Position numbers and translations under genes: made by a program. DNA of 64,000 nt from Parasitella parasitica NRRL 2501 (lineage: Eukaryota > Fungi > Mucoromycota): assembly GCA_025201805.1 (NCBI GenBank), contig MU619255.1, forward strand, positions 113,034 to 177,033. The letters are read 5' to 3'. The first letter of the stretch is position 1. Every line of letters starts with the position of its first letter. Of this stretch, positions 27,937 to 40,722 are shown in pieces. The notes beneath the pieces are model-generated. The model had not been told where the DNA came from. It did no database searches and was given only the letters and a program-made list of their open reading frames with translations.

Positions 27937-30900
27937 TTATGATTGGTTTCCACCAATCATTGAAACTTTACAAATATTACATGCTTTTCCGTCATATTCG
28001 GGTTTATAAGAAGCCTCACAATAACAACATTCAACCTTGGGAGAACCACGGTAGATGGGTACAAAGCTTGCTGCACAGATATCAAATGGATTGTATTGAT
28101 CATAATCAAAAGAAAATTCATCTTGTAAATTACGTTCGCAAACGGATTGAATTTTACGAGCCTAATACAGAGTCAAAATGAGTTTATATTGTAACATTTT
28201 AAATGGATTAACATCTTGTTTACCTCATCTGCGATGGTTCTAGGTGGAGCAAGTTCAAGTAATCTGGATGCAAATTGCGATGCCGTGCTGTAATTTTTAG
28301 CTCTGAAGGCTTGCTTTGTTGCTTGACGCAATGCTAATTGCATATGTGGTGTTTGTAATTGACAATGTGCAAAGTAAGCAGCTAATTCAAGTGCACTTTT
28401 CGTATCCTCAGGTTCTTGACCAGTAATTGATCTACGTTTTTGTTCCATAGACAAACCTAACAAATACTCTCGACATATATCTATCAACTTGGCCAATTCT
28501 CTTGATTCCTCGTCGTTGTTTATCACTGTAAACAAAGCTGAATGCAATAACAACTTGAAATGTTGGGCTGCTGCAACCAGTTTACCAGATGTGAAGAGAC
28601 GATAAGCTGTCTGAAGCTGTGTGGTGACAATCGTTTGGAAGTTGTAGACTGCAACAGGCAGTGTATTGCGAGGAGTGGATGTCTCGGGATTACGACGCAA
28701 GTTGTAGGTTACACTGGGTGCGCTAGCAATTCCAGCAACAGAGATGTGAGCCGCTTGGTAAATAGCCAAAAAGTGGGATTTAAGTGGTTCAAAATCGACA
28801 ATGCCCTTTTGACGGTTCAAGATTTGCATTGCACTTTCAAACGCACCGGCAGCAATGTGATCAGCAGCAACATTAGAGTTTTGAGCCCAAAGTGTGTTCT
28901 CATTCACCCCCTCAGCGGGAGCAACAAATTCAGCAGTTTCTTTGGCAGCAACATGGCCCATTTCAGCGTCCAATTCGGCCTTAATGTCATCATCATCGTC
29001 CCAACCACCATCGCCGTTCAAGTCATCATTTTCAAATTCATCATCATTGGGTGCGCCCAGTAAATCCTTATCCAAAGCAGGTTTTGCTGATGAAGCAAAG
29101 CCAAGATCGTCGTCATCTCCCCAATCACCAGTAGCTTCTTCAATATTATCAATTTGGTCATCATAGTTGAAACTAGGAGCACTGATTGCAGCACCGGGCT
29201 TTTGTTGCTGTTGCTGTTGCTGAACAAAAGCGCCTTCAAAAAAGCTCTTGGACACGGTTAGTAATGGCCAGTTGGTGTCTTCAAGTTGAGTTACAGGCTT
29301 AGTGGTAGCGGGTAATTGATCAGAAACTGATGGCAGCTCGAAATCAGCTTCTGTCTTGCCAGCAGCAGCCAAGATAGCTTCTGCCTGTTCAGTCAGGCCA
29401 TGTGTCTTTGCAGTCATGTAGGCCAAAGGCAATTGACCGACATCTTGCAACAAACGGATACGTTCTGCGACATCACCAAGGTAGAGAGAGTTTTGGAATC
29501 GCATCAAGGGATCCTTCTGCAACTGAGAAATTTCCAGCATTTTACGCAAGTTGGTTTGATTGCCTTCCAAAAGATACAAGAAGGAGAGTTTGTCCATCTT
29601 CTTGGTACGCTGGTAAGATAATTCAACAATCTTGTAGTTGCCGTGGCGCAAAGCTTCAGCGCCGAGCTTGGACCAGTAATCAGGCTTGTTCATCGACTTT
29701 GCAGTTTCAAGAGCAACATCCAAATTTCCACATTCAAGAGCGAGTTCGAAGCGAGTTTTGTCATCTCTAACAAAGTGCAAAGCAATCTCGGGGTACCCCT
29801 TCTTTTGGAGGTAGGCAATGATGGATTGGCCAACCAAATTGGAGGTACGGATAATATGGAGGACCTCTTCGTATTGCTTCTTGACAAGGGCCAGTTTGAA
29901 GCGGTATTCTGTGGGATCAATAACAATTTCACGGACCTTGCCATCACGGTCAAGAGCATAAAGCTTCTTTCCCTTGATACGAGTCAAATAAATTGGTTGA
30001 TCCAGTGTGCGAACAATGCCATTATCGCCTTGAGGCAACGCATATTTGATGTGATTCAATGTGCAGTAGATCAAAACACCAGAGTCATCCCAAGTGGCAC
30101 TCTTGATGCGAATAGTTTCATGGATTTGACTGGTCTGCTTCAAATCCTTTGTGGCAATAGTGATGGTATGTTTGCTCAAAAGAGCAACCATAGACATGTC
30201 GGTAGACCAAACAATGTATTTGACAGAAGAAACTGCCAGTTCAGCAGTGGCACGACGCTGTTGGATATCAAACAAAATAACAGACGAAGGTGTAGCCATC
30301 AACAGAGAATTGGGACCAGCATAATAGATATCTGTCACTTGACCGGGCGTCTTGAAAGACTTGGTTTCCTTGTTTTGAAGATCACGGATTTGAATCACTT
30401 GGTTAGTTTTATCAAAGACAGCAAAGCGATTACGAGCAATGAAGAGAGCGGCATGACCAACGCCCTTCATAGATTCGTCAGAGGGTTCCTGAAGGGTGCC
30501 GCCCAAGTTTTTGGGAAGGCGGTACAGCTCATAGGATCCACCCTCATATGGGGAGGTCAATAGAATGGCCTTTTCTGCAGGGTTGAAGGATAATGTGCGG
30601 GGAGCAACGAATTGAGAGCCTAATTTACGGACAGACATGACCTCTTGGTCAGCAGTACTGGGGAAATCGTGAATATGCAAAATGCTGTGTTTGATGTAAT
30701 AGAGTTCGTTGCTGTGAACTTGGAAAGCAGGACGTTCACGTTCAAGCTTAAAGACAATTAAACCACTGTCATGACCAGCAGCAAACAAATTGAGCTCAGG
30801 ATGAGATGTTAGCACCCAGAAACGATCATGGTCTCGTCTAAAAGTGGCAACAGCAGTACGTTTTGTTAAATCCCAAACACGGATGGTTTTATCCTCACTA

Positions 30901-31961
30901 TCAGATAAAATAAGGTCTTGGCGTGGATGGAAGATGGCACTGGAAACGTTGTTGTAGTGGCCACGGCAGCTGTCCACTTCCCAAGCCTTGGTATCTATCA
31001 TTACAGCAGGTAAATACACCCATCGCAAGCATTTTCAACCAAGAAAAAAAAATACAGCATACCGTTCATTCTCCAGAGTTTCACTTGACGGTCATCACCA
31101 GCTGAGATAATCAACGGAAGGGTGGGATGGAAAGAGGCCCAATTCACCCCGTGGTCATGACCTTCCAATACATACTTGACCATAACATCAGTTGTGCCAA
31201 ACATATCGCCGCCAGGTCCAGGCCTTCCCATATCATCCATTGTCATGGCACTAGGAGCTTGGGATTTCTTGCGCAAGCCTATAAAGCCATATTAAAAAAA
31301 AAGGGTCAATATCCCACATGTTCAATTTACCAGTGATATCCCAAACACGGACGGTTTGATCCATGGATGCCGAGACAATTAAATCCGTCTTGGGATGGAA
31401 CTGAGCACACATGACATAATGATTATGTCCTGTCAAGATGGCGATACAGGCTCTAGATTGCCAGTTCCAAATACGAATAGTTTGATCATCAGAAGCGGAA
31501 ATTATCCAAGGCAGTTCGTTATGGAAAAATACAGTACGAACATAGTCGAGATGGCCGTTCAGGGTAAAAAGACAGCGACGAGTCTTGTAGTTCCACACTT
31601 TGATCTTGTAATCATCACCGCCAGAAACGAACAAAGGCTGCGTAGGGTGGAAGGAGATTCCTCTAACAGGTCCTATTCAGGTGTATTTTGTTTGTTGAGT
31701 GAATGAATTCTCGTACATGATGGTCTTTTTGTTTTTTACCATCGTGCTCTTCGAAACGCTCGAGCAACGTGCCCATGCGATAATCCCAGAGTTGAATACA
31801 ACCGTTGTGTAAGGAAGCTAGAATCCATGGACGCTTGGGGTGGAAAGCAACGCCCTTAACGCGGTTGCTTTTGGATTCGAACTGTAGACGATGAAATGCT
31901 GTTGATAATCACCTTCCACACACTGCCGCATCATTTGACTTACCTTTGTGAGCATTTGCAT
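27937..31961 (-). CDS. cop1: Coatomer subunit alpha (alpha-COP); multi-exon
   Basis: MQMLTK|[21 protein letters not shown]40 repeats, [26 protein letters not shown], last exon [13 protein letters not shown]...GGNQS-stop at 27937. Confidence 0.97.
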
Positions 31962-32493
31962 CTTGAAGTCTACTATTGAATAATCTGTAGTTGTAAAAGA
32001 AGAGTCAGCAAGATACTACTACTCGGCGCGTTCTAATGTTCATATTAAAATACCCTAAAAAAAAAAAAAAAAAGTGCTATCAATCTAAACGGTAAAAAGC
32101 GTTAGTACATGATTGCCTGCCTTGGTTTACAAAATGGTGCTTTTGAAACTTTACATGAGCAATAAATAGAGCTGGTTTTTTTTACTAATAGTTATTTAAT
32201 AAAGACAAAGGTTTATCTCTCATGTTTGGGATTTAATACTGTGGTTTTTTTTACGGAGCCCTAATCGCCATCAGCTCACAGTGTAAAGCAATCCACAAAC
32301 GGTTGCACATTACATTGTATTATTGGCCAACAACGTGTCCTGAGTGACGTGTCAAGGCTTGCATGTTGTGATTTATTCATATATGTGTATTCAAAAGAGC
32401 ATATAAAGGTCTATTACGACCATGGTGAGCATATAAAGAGTCAAATAATTCTACAAGAGAAAGGCGAAAACAGTGCATGAGAGTTGGAATTGC

Positions 32494-32761
32494 TTATTTC
32501 AAATAAAGGCAGGCTTTGGAAGCGTGGCCATATATGCCACACCAGTAGCTATGGATGAATAGATACACATATTAGGCCCTTTTTGAACTTAATTGTAGGA
32601 TATTCGATATACCATTGACCACCTTCTAAATTCAAAGGTTTAATAATGTGTGATATTATGGCATCGTTTTCGGTTGGGACAACTGCAGGAGACGGCGCTC
32701 CGCTACGGCGCCCGGCTTCATTCGAGTCATTGTTTACAACTACTGTTGTTGCTACAGGCAT
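32494..32761 (-). CDS. 67-aa microprotein with C-terminal CCHC zinc knuckle; 2 exons
   Basis: aaacaaATG at 32761; exon 1 32761-32613; 64-nt intron GTATAT...CTAAT...TAG; exon 2 32548-32494; spliced C-terminus GGQCYWCGIYGHASKACLYLK. Confidence 0.75.
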
Positions 32762-33062
32762 TTGTTTATATAGATTATATACGAGGAGAAAAATGAAAGA
32801 AAAAGATGCAATAAAAATGTGTCGTCTTGTATGCAAAGCTTAAATAATTCGAGAAAAATGCTGTCAATTGACATTGGTACAATAAGATGGTATCCTGCTG
32901 TCATGCTCTGCTCTCTTGAGACCCACGAAAGATTGGACCCCTTTCAAGTCTGAAATGTGGCGTAATAACAGCTGTTCTCTGCTTTCTATCAAATGCAGAA
33001 TCCAATACCATTTTTATGAAAACAGTAAAAGTGGAACCAAATCCGAGTTTTATTATATGATT

Positions 33063-33953
33063 TTATGCGTGGTTTATTGCAGAAAAGGATCGTTCCATTT
33101 TGTGCTGCTGCTGCTGCTGCTGGTGTTGCTGTTTGTGATCTTGGGGCTGTTGCTGATGTAATTGATATGAGTAATAGTTATCCTGGCGATGAGGGCCTGT
33201 CTCATGTCTCTGGTATTTGCTTCTAGGCTGTGATGGTTGATCAGCTCTCTGTCTTTTTTTATTAAGCACAGCTTTCGGTATAGGCGAATGGATGACAGGA
33301 TCAGTAGGGGCTCCGCCGGACAAAAAGTTTGTCAGCGATTCCAACTGCTTGACGAGTCGTAGATCTTCTTGATTTGCATTGACATCAAACAGCTCTAGTC
33401 GTTCAAATGGCGGATCGTCCAGCTTCATGTATGCCAGTTGGTTGATAAGATTGTGTAACGTGCTTTGACCCAGATAATTAGTGGAATTTGCTAGTTCAGT
33501 CGCATACTCTTCATGATCAAAAGTGTATTGTCGAAATGTAATGGGAATTCGGTTGCTCTGTTGCAGCATTGCTAAATTACCTGCAAACACGCCGAGATGT
33601 TGCACTAATTGCTCTAGATTGACGGAGGGCGTATTTATCTGTATACGCTTCACAGAGTGTGCAAATTGATCAAAAATCATGAAATAGCCTGTCCAGGTCA
33701 GGGGTAAATACACCATCTTCAATGACAAGATGCCATAGTGGCGAGTAATACGTGGAACAATACGCTGCGCGAATTTGTCAGTAATGCGGTCATCGCCAAC
33801 AGGAAATAACAAATCACTTGTCCATATTTCAGGTGTTTTGTAAACCAAGTCTCGTAGTCTTGAATGACTATCTCCAAGTGCCAACAAGTCTTTTAATTCT
33901 AGATTTAATATCACCTGAGTGATAATTTGATCAGTTAAGGATAATAAGCTCAT
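33063..33953 (-). CDS. F-box protein, single exon
   Basis: N-terminal LLSLTDQIITQVILNLELKDLLALGDSHSRLRDLV...IW F-box pattern. Confidence 0.75.
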   Translation of the reverse strand: MSLLSLTDQIITQVILNLELKDLLALGDSHSRLRDLVYKTPEIWTSDLLFPVGDDRITDKFAQRIVPRITRHYGILSLKMVYLPLTWTGYFMIFDQFAHSVKRIQINTPSVNLEQLVQHLGVFAGNLAMLQQSNRIPITFRQYTFDHEEYATELANSTNYLGQSTLHNLINQLAYMKLDDPPFERLELFDVNANQEDLRLVKQLESLTNFLSGGAPTDPVIHSPIPKAVLNKKRQRADQPSQPRSKYQRHETGPHRQDNYYSYQLHQQQPQDHKQQHQQQQQQHKMERSFSAINHA

Positions 33954-34344
33954 ATTTTAGTTATTCTTTCTTCAAATAGTACAAAAGAGATGTGTGGATG
34001 GAAATATCAATTGGCCTTGCAAAAAGCAGATTATGAGATGAAAAGGGGAAGGGAGGTTTTTTTTTTTTTTTTTTTTTGGCAAAAAAAGAGAAAGACTCTA
34101 TTTCTTGCAACAACAAACAATCAGATGTAACTTGGATAAAAAATCCCAACCTTAATATAGAAATCAACTAGCAGCAGTTTGTGTTTCCTGTTGAATCTGT
34201 AATCCCGCTTTGACCAAATACACTGTCTACTATAAGCCAATTGCAGCTTTTTACATTCTACCCCTGTGAAGGCCGATTACACCTGTTTTCAAGATTACCT
34301 GGTAAATTGATTCCAAGGAACTAGCGTTCTACAATAGTCGGTTT

Positions 34345-35421
34345 TTATTTTTGTTTTTCAGTTAGACCTTTCATGACCAACTTGTTGTATTTACTGAAAT
34401 GGTTCCACAGATCCCTCAGTGATCGCTTGGATCCCAATGCCTGTTTTGCTTTAGGCATATCTCGTCCATGCTCTACATACGCCTGATAGACTCTTTTCTC
34501 TTCATCTGCGGTCCATTTTGATCTGTCAACGTCTGGTGCTAATACATTTTGATAATGCTGCGAAACATGACGAGGTGTGCGCGAAAGGCTGGCTGCTTTG
34601 GTTACAACTGCAAAATTTTCTCCGTATTGTTCCACAGCATCTAGAATTCGCTTGTCCTCTTCTGCAGAAAATTTTCCCTTCTTTTTGTCGTTCATTTGCC
34701 AACGCCAACGCTCCAAGCATTGACGTGGAGTTCTTGATCCCATTTTTGAAGCAATCTGTTGCATGTTATTTTCTCCAAACCTATGTACCAATGTTGCTAA
34801 TTTTTCATTTTCATCACTTGACCATTTTCCGTGCTTTATGTTTGGGTCGACAGAGTGTTTGTAAGTCTGCTTGACTATATTTAAAGTTCGCTTTCTAGGT
34901 AGTTTCTCTAGAATTGATTGCCAGTCTTCTATTTCTTGAAAGGCTCTTCCTTGGCCAAGATTTTTCAGCGCTGCCAGTTCTTCTTTAGTCCAAGCCCCCC
35001 TTAAATACGCATCGGTCAATACATTGTATCGACCCATTACGTTGCCGGCGGTGCGATCAATCAGATTGCGTGAAATCATGGACCATCGTTTTCCATGCAC
35101 CGCAACCATATCACACAACTTTTTATCCTCTTCTTTGCTCCATCTACAACGAGAACGCAACGATTCCTGCTGCCTGACCTTTTGGGCTTTTTCGCGAAGT
35201 AATTCGACTGGAGAAAACAGAGAATGAGAAGGTTTTTCGTCCTCAATGCCAGCTTCCTTATGTTTGATGATGGCGTCGATTTGTTCTTCTTTGATGGCAC
35301 GGTTGGTATAAAATAACATTTGAGACGTTGTGGCAAAGACAACCCGACTACATGTAGAAATGCGAATGAATAGAAGGGTGTTTTGACTGATATTGAAGGT
35401 TTTCTTTGCTAATGCTGCCAT
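34345..35421 (-). CDS. Multi-repeat Myb/SANT protein (5 repeats), single exon
   Basis: RWSKEED, AWTKEEL, KWSSDEN, KFSAEED, KWTADEE repeat starts; RTPRQCLERW; likely ATG MAALAKK at 35421. Confidence 0.85.
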   Translation of the reverse strand: MAALAKKTFNISQNTLLFIRISTCSRVVFATTSQMLFYTNRAIKEEQIDAIIKHKEAGIEDEKPSHSLFSPVELLREKAQKVRQQESLRSRCRWSKEEDKKLCDMVAVHGKRWSMISRNLIDRTAGNVMGRYNVLTDAYLRGAWTKEELAALKNLGQGRAFQEIEDWQSILEKLPRKRTLNIVKQTYKHSVDPNIKHGKWSSDENEKLATLVHRFGENNMQQIASKMGSRTPRQCLERWRWQMNDKKKGKFSAEEDKRILDAVEQYGENFAVVTKAASLSRTPRHVSQHYQNVLAPDVDRSKWTADEEKRVYQAYVEHGRDMPKAKQALGSKRSLRDLWNHFSKYNKLVMKGLTEKQK

Positions 35422-35717
35422 TTTGATTTGTTTGGAAACAAACAAAGAAGGGACAAAAAAAAAGGCGAGCAGCGAAAATTTAAATAACAGGCTCTCGGTC
35501 CCGGCAAACATTAAAGGGCGAGAGAGAGAGAGAGAGAAAGATGAATGATGCTACAATGAATACTTGAATCAGTTAAAGATTTCTATCATAATTCGACCGT
35601 TGAATCTGTACTTTATTAATAACAGGATTTATACCACATTTTGAAATATTTTTTATTAATCGCCCTGGTCTAAATTTACAAGTGTAATCTTCTCCAAAAA
35701 AAAAAAAAAAGGTACGC

Positions 35718-36647
<930 letters not shown>

Positions 36648-37409
36648 GGTAATGAAAAAGAGTACAGTGGAAAAAAGAAACGCATTGCGGGAGATTGCGC
36701 GCTTTCTGATATTATGTCCAAGAAAAAAAATCACGTGGATAATGAAGGGTGTATATTGTCTTGTTTCAATTGAAAAGTCTCCTGTGAGCAACTAATCCTA
36801 ATCTTTAAAAAAAAACAGCTCCATTTATGAGGATTATGAATGTATATTCGATGGGCGTATGTGGTAATGGACATAGCAAGTTTAACTGTCCATAAAAGTA
36901 AGAGGCTTGAAACTCTTGGGTATTGCAAATATGTTATAACGTACGCCAATACAGATTTGTTGCGACGTATCGACTGTATTGTTGATGTGATTTGCTATTA
37001 GACATGGCTTATTCTAGGCACATGCCCTTTCAAAATTGATTAGTTTGAAATACAACCCTCTCAACCATTCAAATAGAAACCCATAGGAACAAGATAGCTG
37101 ACATAAGATACTGCCACTTCAACGTGTATCTTTTTTGATACGAACAATTGATAGCCTACGAAAAGCAGCACATTATGACTTCGCTGTTTAGTTCAGCTAT
37201 AGCTCAATCTGTAAAATTACAATACAAGACTAATTTGCATATGTAACTGGAACAATGTATGCCATCACGATAGGCGTGTCTGGTATCCAAATACACGACT
37301 TTACTTGAAAATAATGTCCCTCATCGACTACATAAGTTTCTTGATTAGTGTAGAGATACGATTAGCAGCTATTTAGTTCCTTTCAGCGTTTTTCTGTTGT
37401 TAAATGTTG

Positions 37410-39237
37410 TCAATAAGCTTTTCTTTTTTTTTTCTGAAAGATCTTGATGTTGTGGTTAGATTCCAAATGATAATCAAAGACTTGTTTGTCTGGCAAATGC
37501 TTGTCGCACTGGCTACAATAAAAGCGATGGTGGTTTGGGTTGATGGTAGCTTTAGGATTCAGGATTCGCTCTTTGGGTCTGACGGAATGAATTCGATACA
37601 AATGGTGCTTGAAAGCCACCTCAGAATCTGCTCGCTTATCACATTTGGCGCAGTAGAAATCAGGGCTCTTCAAATCAATGATGGCATCAGGGTTGGTAAA
37701 GGGTCGTTTTTTAAAGGGACCCAGCTGCATGTTGTGCATTTTCATACAGTGTTTACGATAGCTGAAATGAGTTTTCTTTTTTAATTTGCAGACGCGGCAG
37801 TAGAAACTGGCATCAAGAGGATCTGGGAGTTCTTTGTTTTCGGTAGATGGAGGATACATCCGGTGCTTTAATTTGAGGTGATCAAGGTAGAGTTCATTTT
37901 GCAAATAGATTCGCTTGCAGATCCGGCAGTAGTTGTTGGGATCCTCAGGATCAGGCTCGTCGTTATTAGGGTGTCTGGGCCCCACGCGAGGTTTTGTGAA
38001 GATGTGGTGAGCCAATTCAAGATGTTGGCGGAAAAAATGTCTAGTGCCTAACGTTTCGTCACAGTGTCGGCAGTAATAGTTGGGATCATGCAGATCGATT
38101 TCCACAGCACCGTCATGTTTTTCATTTGATTGCGGAGGGCCAAGCAGTTGATGGACATAACGCAAGTGTTCGTGATAACGTTCTCTTTTCCCAAACTTCT
38201 TATCACAAATGTTGCAATGGTTGTTGGGGTCTTCGGCATCGGGTACAGCAGAAGGGTGAGGAAATGGCTTCACGGGTTTAATAGGATGGTAGTATCGACA
38301 ATGGTTCGCATATTCGTAAACGTACTCACAGGTTATGTGGCATACTCTACAGAACAGGTTGATATCATGGCGGTCAGGCTGATCATTTGCTACCGACGCC
38401 CTTACACCATGCTTATAGACGCAGTGATCATGGAACACTTTCCTGCTTGTGAATGTGTATTCACAGGATCTACAATAACAATCTGGATCGTCCCACTCGG
38501 GCAAGTAGTCTGGGTGCTTTATCCTGATGATCTTTTTGACTACCGTTCTAGCGGGACGGCTCGCGCTGTGTGTGTCCTCCATGTGGCGACGATAGCTGAT
38601 TAGATACGGGAAGCTTTTTTGGCATAAATTGCAGAACAAACTATCATCGTCGATGATGGGGACACTTGCATTAGCCTGTGCCATTTTCTTTGACGGAATG
38701 ACTATTAGATGGTGCCCGCCCCTCAAGTGGGTTAAATAACTGTTTCTTGATTGAAACTTCTTTCTGCATGGTCGACAGGTACTGCTACTGTTATAGATAT
38801 CTGGCTCCACCCAGACATTTTTGACGCTCGTTCCTTTGTACGGTATATGGTGTTTTGTTTTACGGTGCGCTATCCACAATACATAAGTTGTCAGTTTTGC
38901 ACTGCACTTGTCACATTGGTAGTAATATTCTTGTTTTTTGGGTTGTTTACGCTCTATTCAACGGATTTAGTATATCTATTGATTGTATTGCCGCATTTTA
39001 CCAATGTGGAGGAGGCAGAAACTTACCTTTCGTGGGTATTGGAACAGAGCTTGGTTTACTACTGGCACTTATGATGTTGGTTTCATCGGCAGGCGTCTGC
39101 ACTTCCTGATCCATTGAAGTATCAGGATCTGCACTGCTGCTAGAATCAACTACATCATCTGTAGCAGCAGCAACAGCAACAACAACAACAGCAGCAGCAG
39201 CAGCAGCTATAGAGCGCGTGTAGCTCCTTGTTTTCAT
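37410..39237 (-). CDS. C2H2 zinc-finger array protein (11 widely spaced C-x2-C-x12-H-x4-H fingers); 2 exons
   Basis: Exon 1 MKTRSYTRS...; intron ~39026-38954; repeated PD-x-x-DP-N-x-YCRxC...H-x4-H units; basic C-terminus KKKRKAY. Confidence 0.85.
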
Positions 39238-40722
39238 TTTTATAACGTGAAGTAAAAAAAAAGATGAAAAGCAAAGAAAAACCTTCTTGAAAGCGTTTCG
39301 TATTTATAGCGGGACAAGGGATTAACGTGATTTTGGCATCAAACAATTGACAAATCAGGGTTACTGGTAAACACGGTCGATATGAAGACGCGCGTGGATT
39401 TATATCAAAGATATGAAATGACAAGTATTTGTATATGCTCTCAGTATCGGCCTGGTTAAGCAGAATAATAGCCAGAAACTTCCTGGATTATACCTTTTTT
39501 TTTTTTTTTTTGTACCTTCATTATCTGTAACAAAATTCTTCCAAAGCTGCCATTAACAGGCGCCACACAAACAATAAATGAGATCAACGATTTAGTATTA
39601 AACTTAGATAAAATGTCATGATATATACCTGTGCATAGCAACCCATATTAGATTTACAGTGGTTGATAAATACTAATTTGATCAGGTCAAATACTCTCTT
39701 GCCTTCGTTCTGTGAGAAAATGTATGCATGTACACATGAAATGCTTGATATAAAATCCATTTTTTTTTTTTTTTTTTGCATCCTAAAAACCTGCAACAAG
39801 TACCATAGCTACGAAAGCGCTATCAAGTGGTTACTGAGCATATACTAAGCTTTGCAATCACAACGAGCTTGTTTTCACTGCAGCTTTGATGGTCGAATTT
39901 ATCCCCTTTTTGGCCGCTGGAATCGGCCGGAACTACACCAAATGATTTCTCAGAATTTCTCCATGTTACTTGATGCTTTTCCGCCAAAAAAATAGTCGAT
40001 GAAAAAATCATCGATTTTTGGCAAAATCTCATGAGGGTCCACAAAGAAAAATCCATCAAAATCACTATTTCTCAAATTTGACCACGAAAACAAAGATTTT
40101 TACTACTGTATGTATTAACTGAAAATAACCCGAAAGACGCCAGGATGCACATAAAATTGCCATTTCAAGTAATATTTATGCAAAACAAAGACTTTCAGCC
40201 ATAAAACGCGTTTTCTTTTAATCGCAAGTTACTCAAAATTTTTGGTGAACTTTTTGATTTTATTTTGTACCATTAGATGCAAAATTAAATTTTCTACAAA
40301 CTTACTTAGTACTTTTATGTATGCTAACTTGGCTCATATTGGAGATATCAATGAAAAAAGCCTGAAACAAATTCATTTTTTGCTTCCATTGACCAAATCT
40401 AGCAAAATCAGAACCAATTGTAAAACGGAGTTTGAATGGTGTCTGGCGGCCATAGTTGCACTGCCATAAACGATGGAACAAAAGACACGGTACGAATGCC
40501 AACTGACATAAGTAAGGCCATACTCTGTAGTTATTTGGTATTGAATAAATAAGATTTTATGGAAATTTCCTATATTGAAGATGCGACTACTTATTTTAGT
40601 TAAAATTCCAAATGTCCTATTGTGTGGAAAAAAGTATCTGTCAGCATAAATTACTGGGACCTATTGACACCGCTCGAGAGACTGCCCTGATAATTCACCT
40701 CTTTTGTTGCAATATCCATAGT

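Noticed and set aside
29643-30563. 306-aa plus-strand ORF inside alpha-COP
   Set aside because: Antisense shadow of a conserved CDS; no recognisable domain
39155-39424. ORF ending in a run of Cys, resembling a metallothionein
   Set aside because: Alternative-frame reading of the GCT/GTT repeat that encodes poly-Ala/Val in exon 1 of the zinc-finger gene
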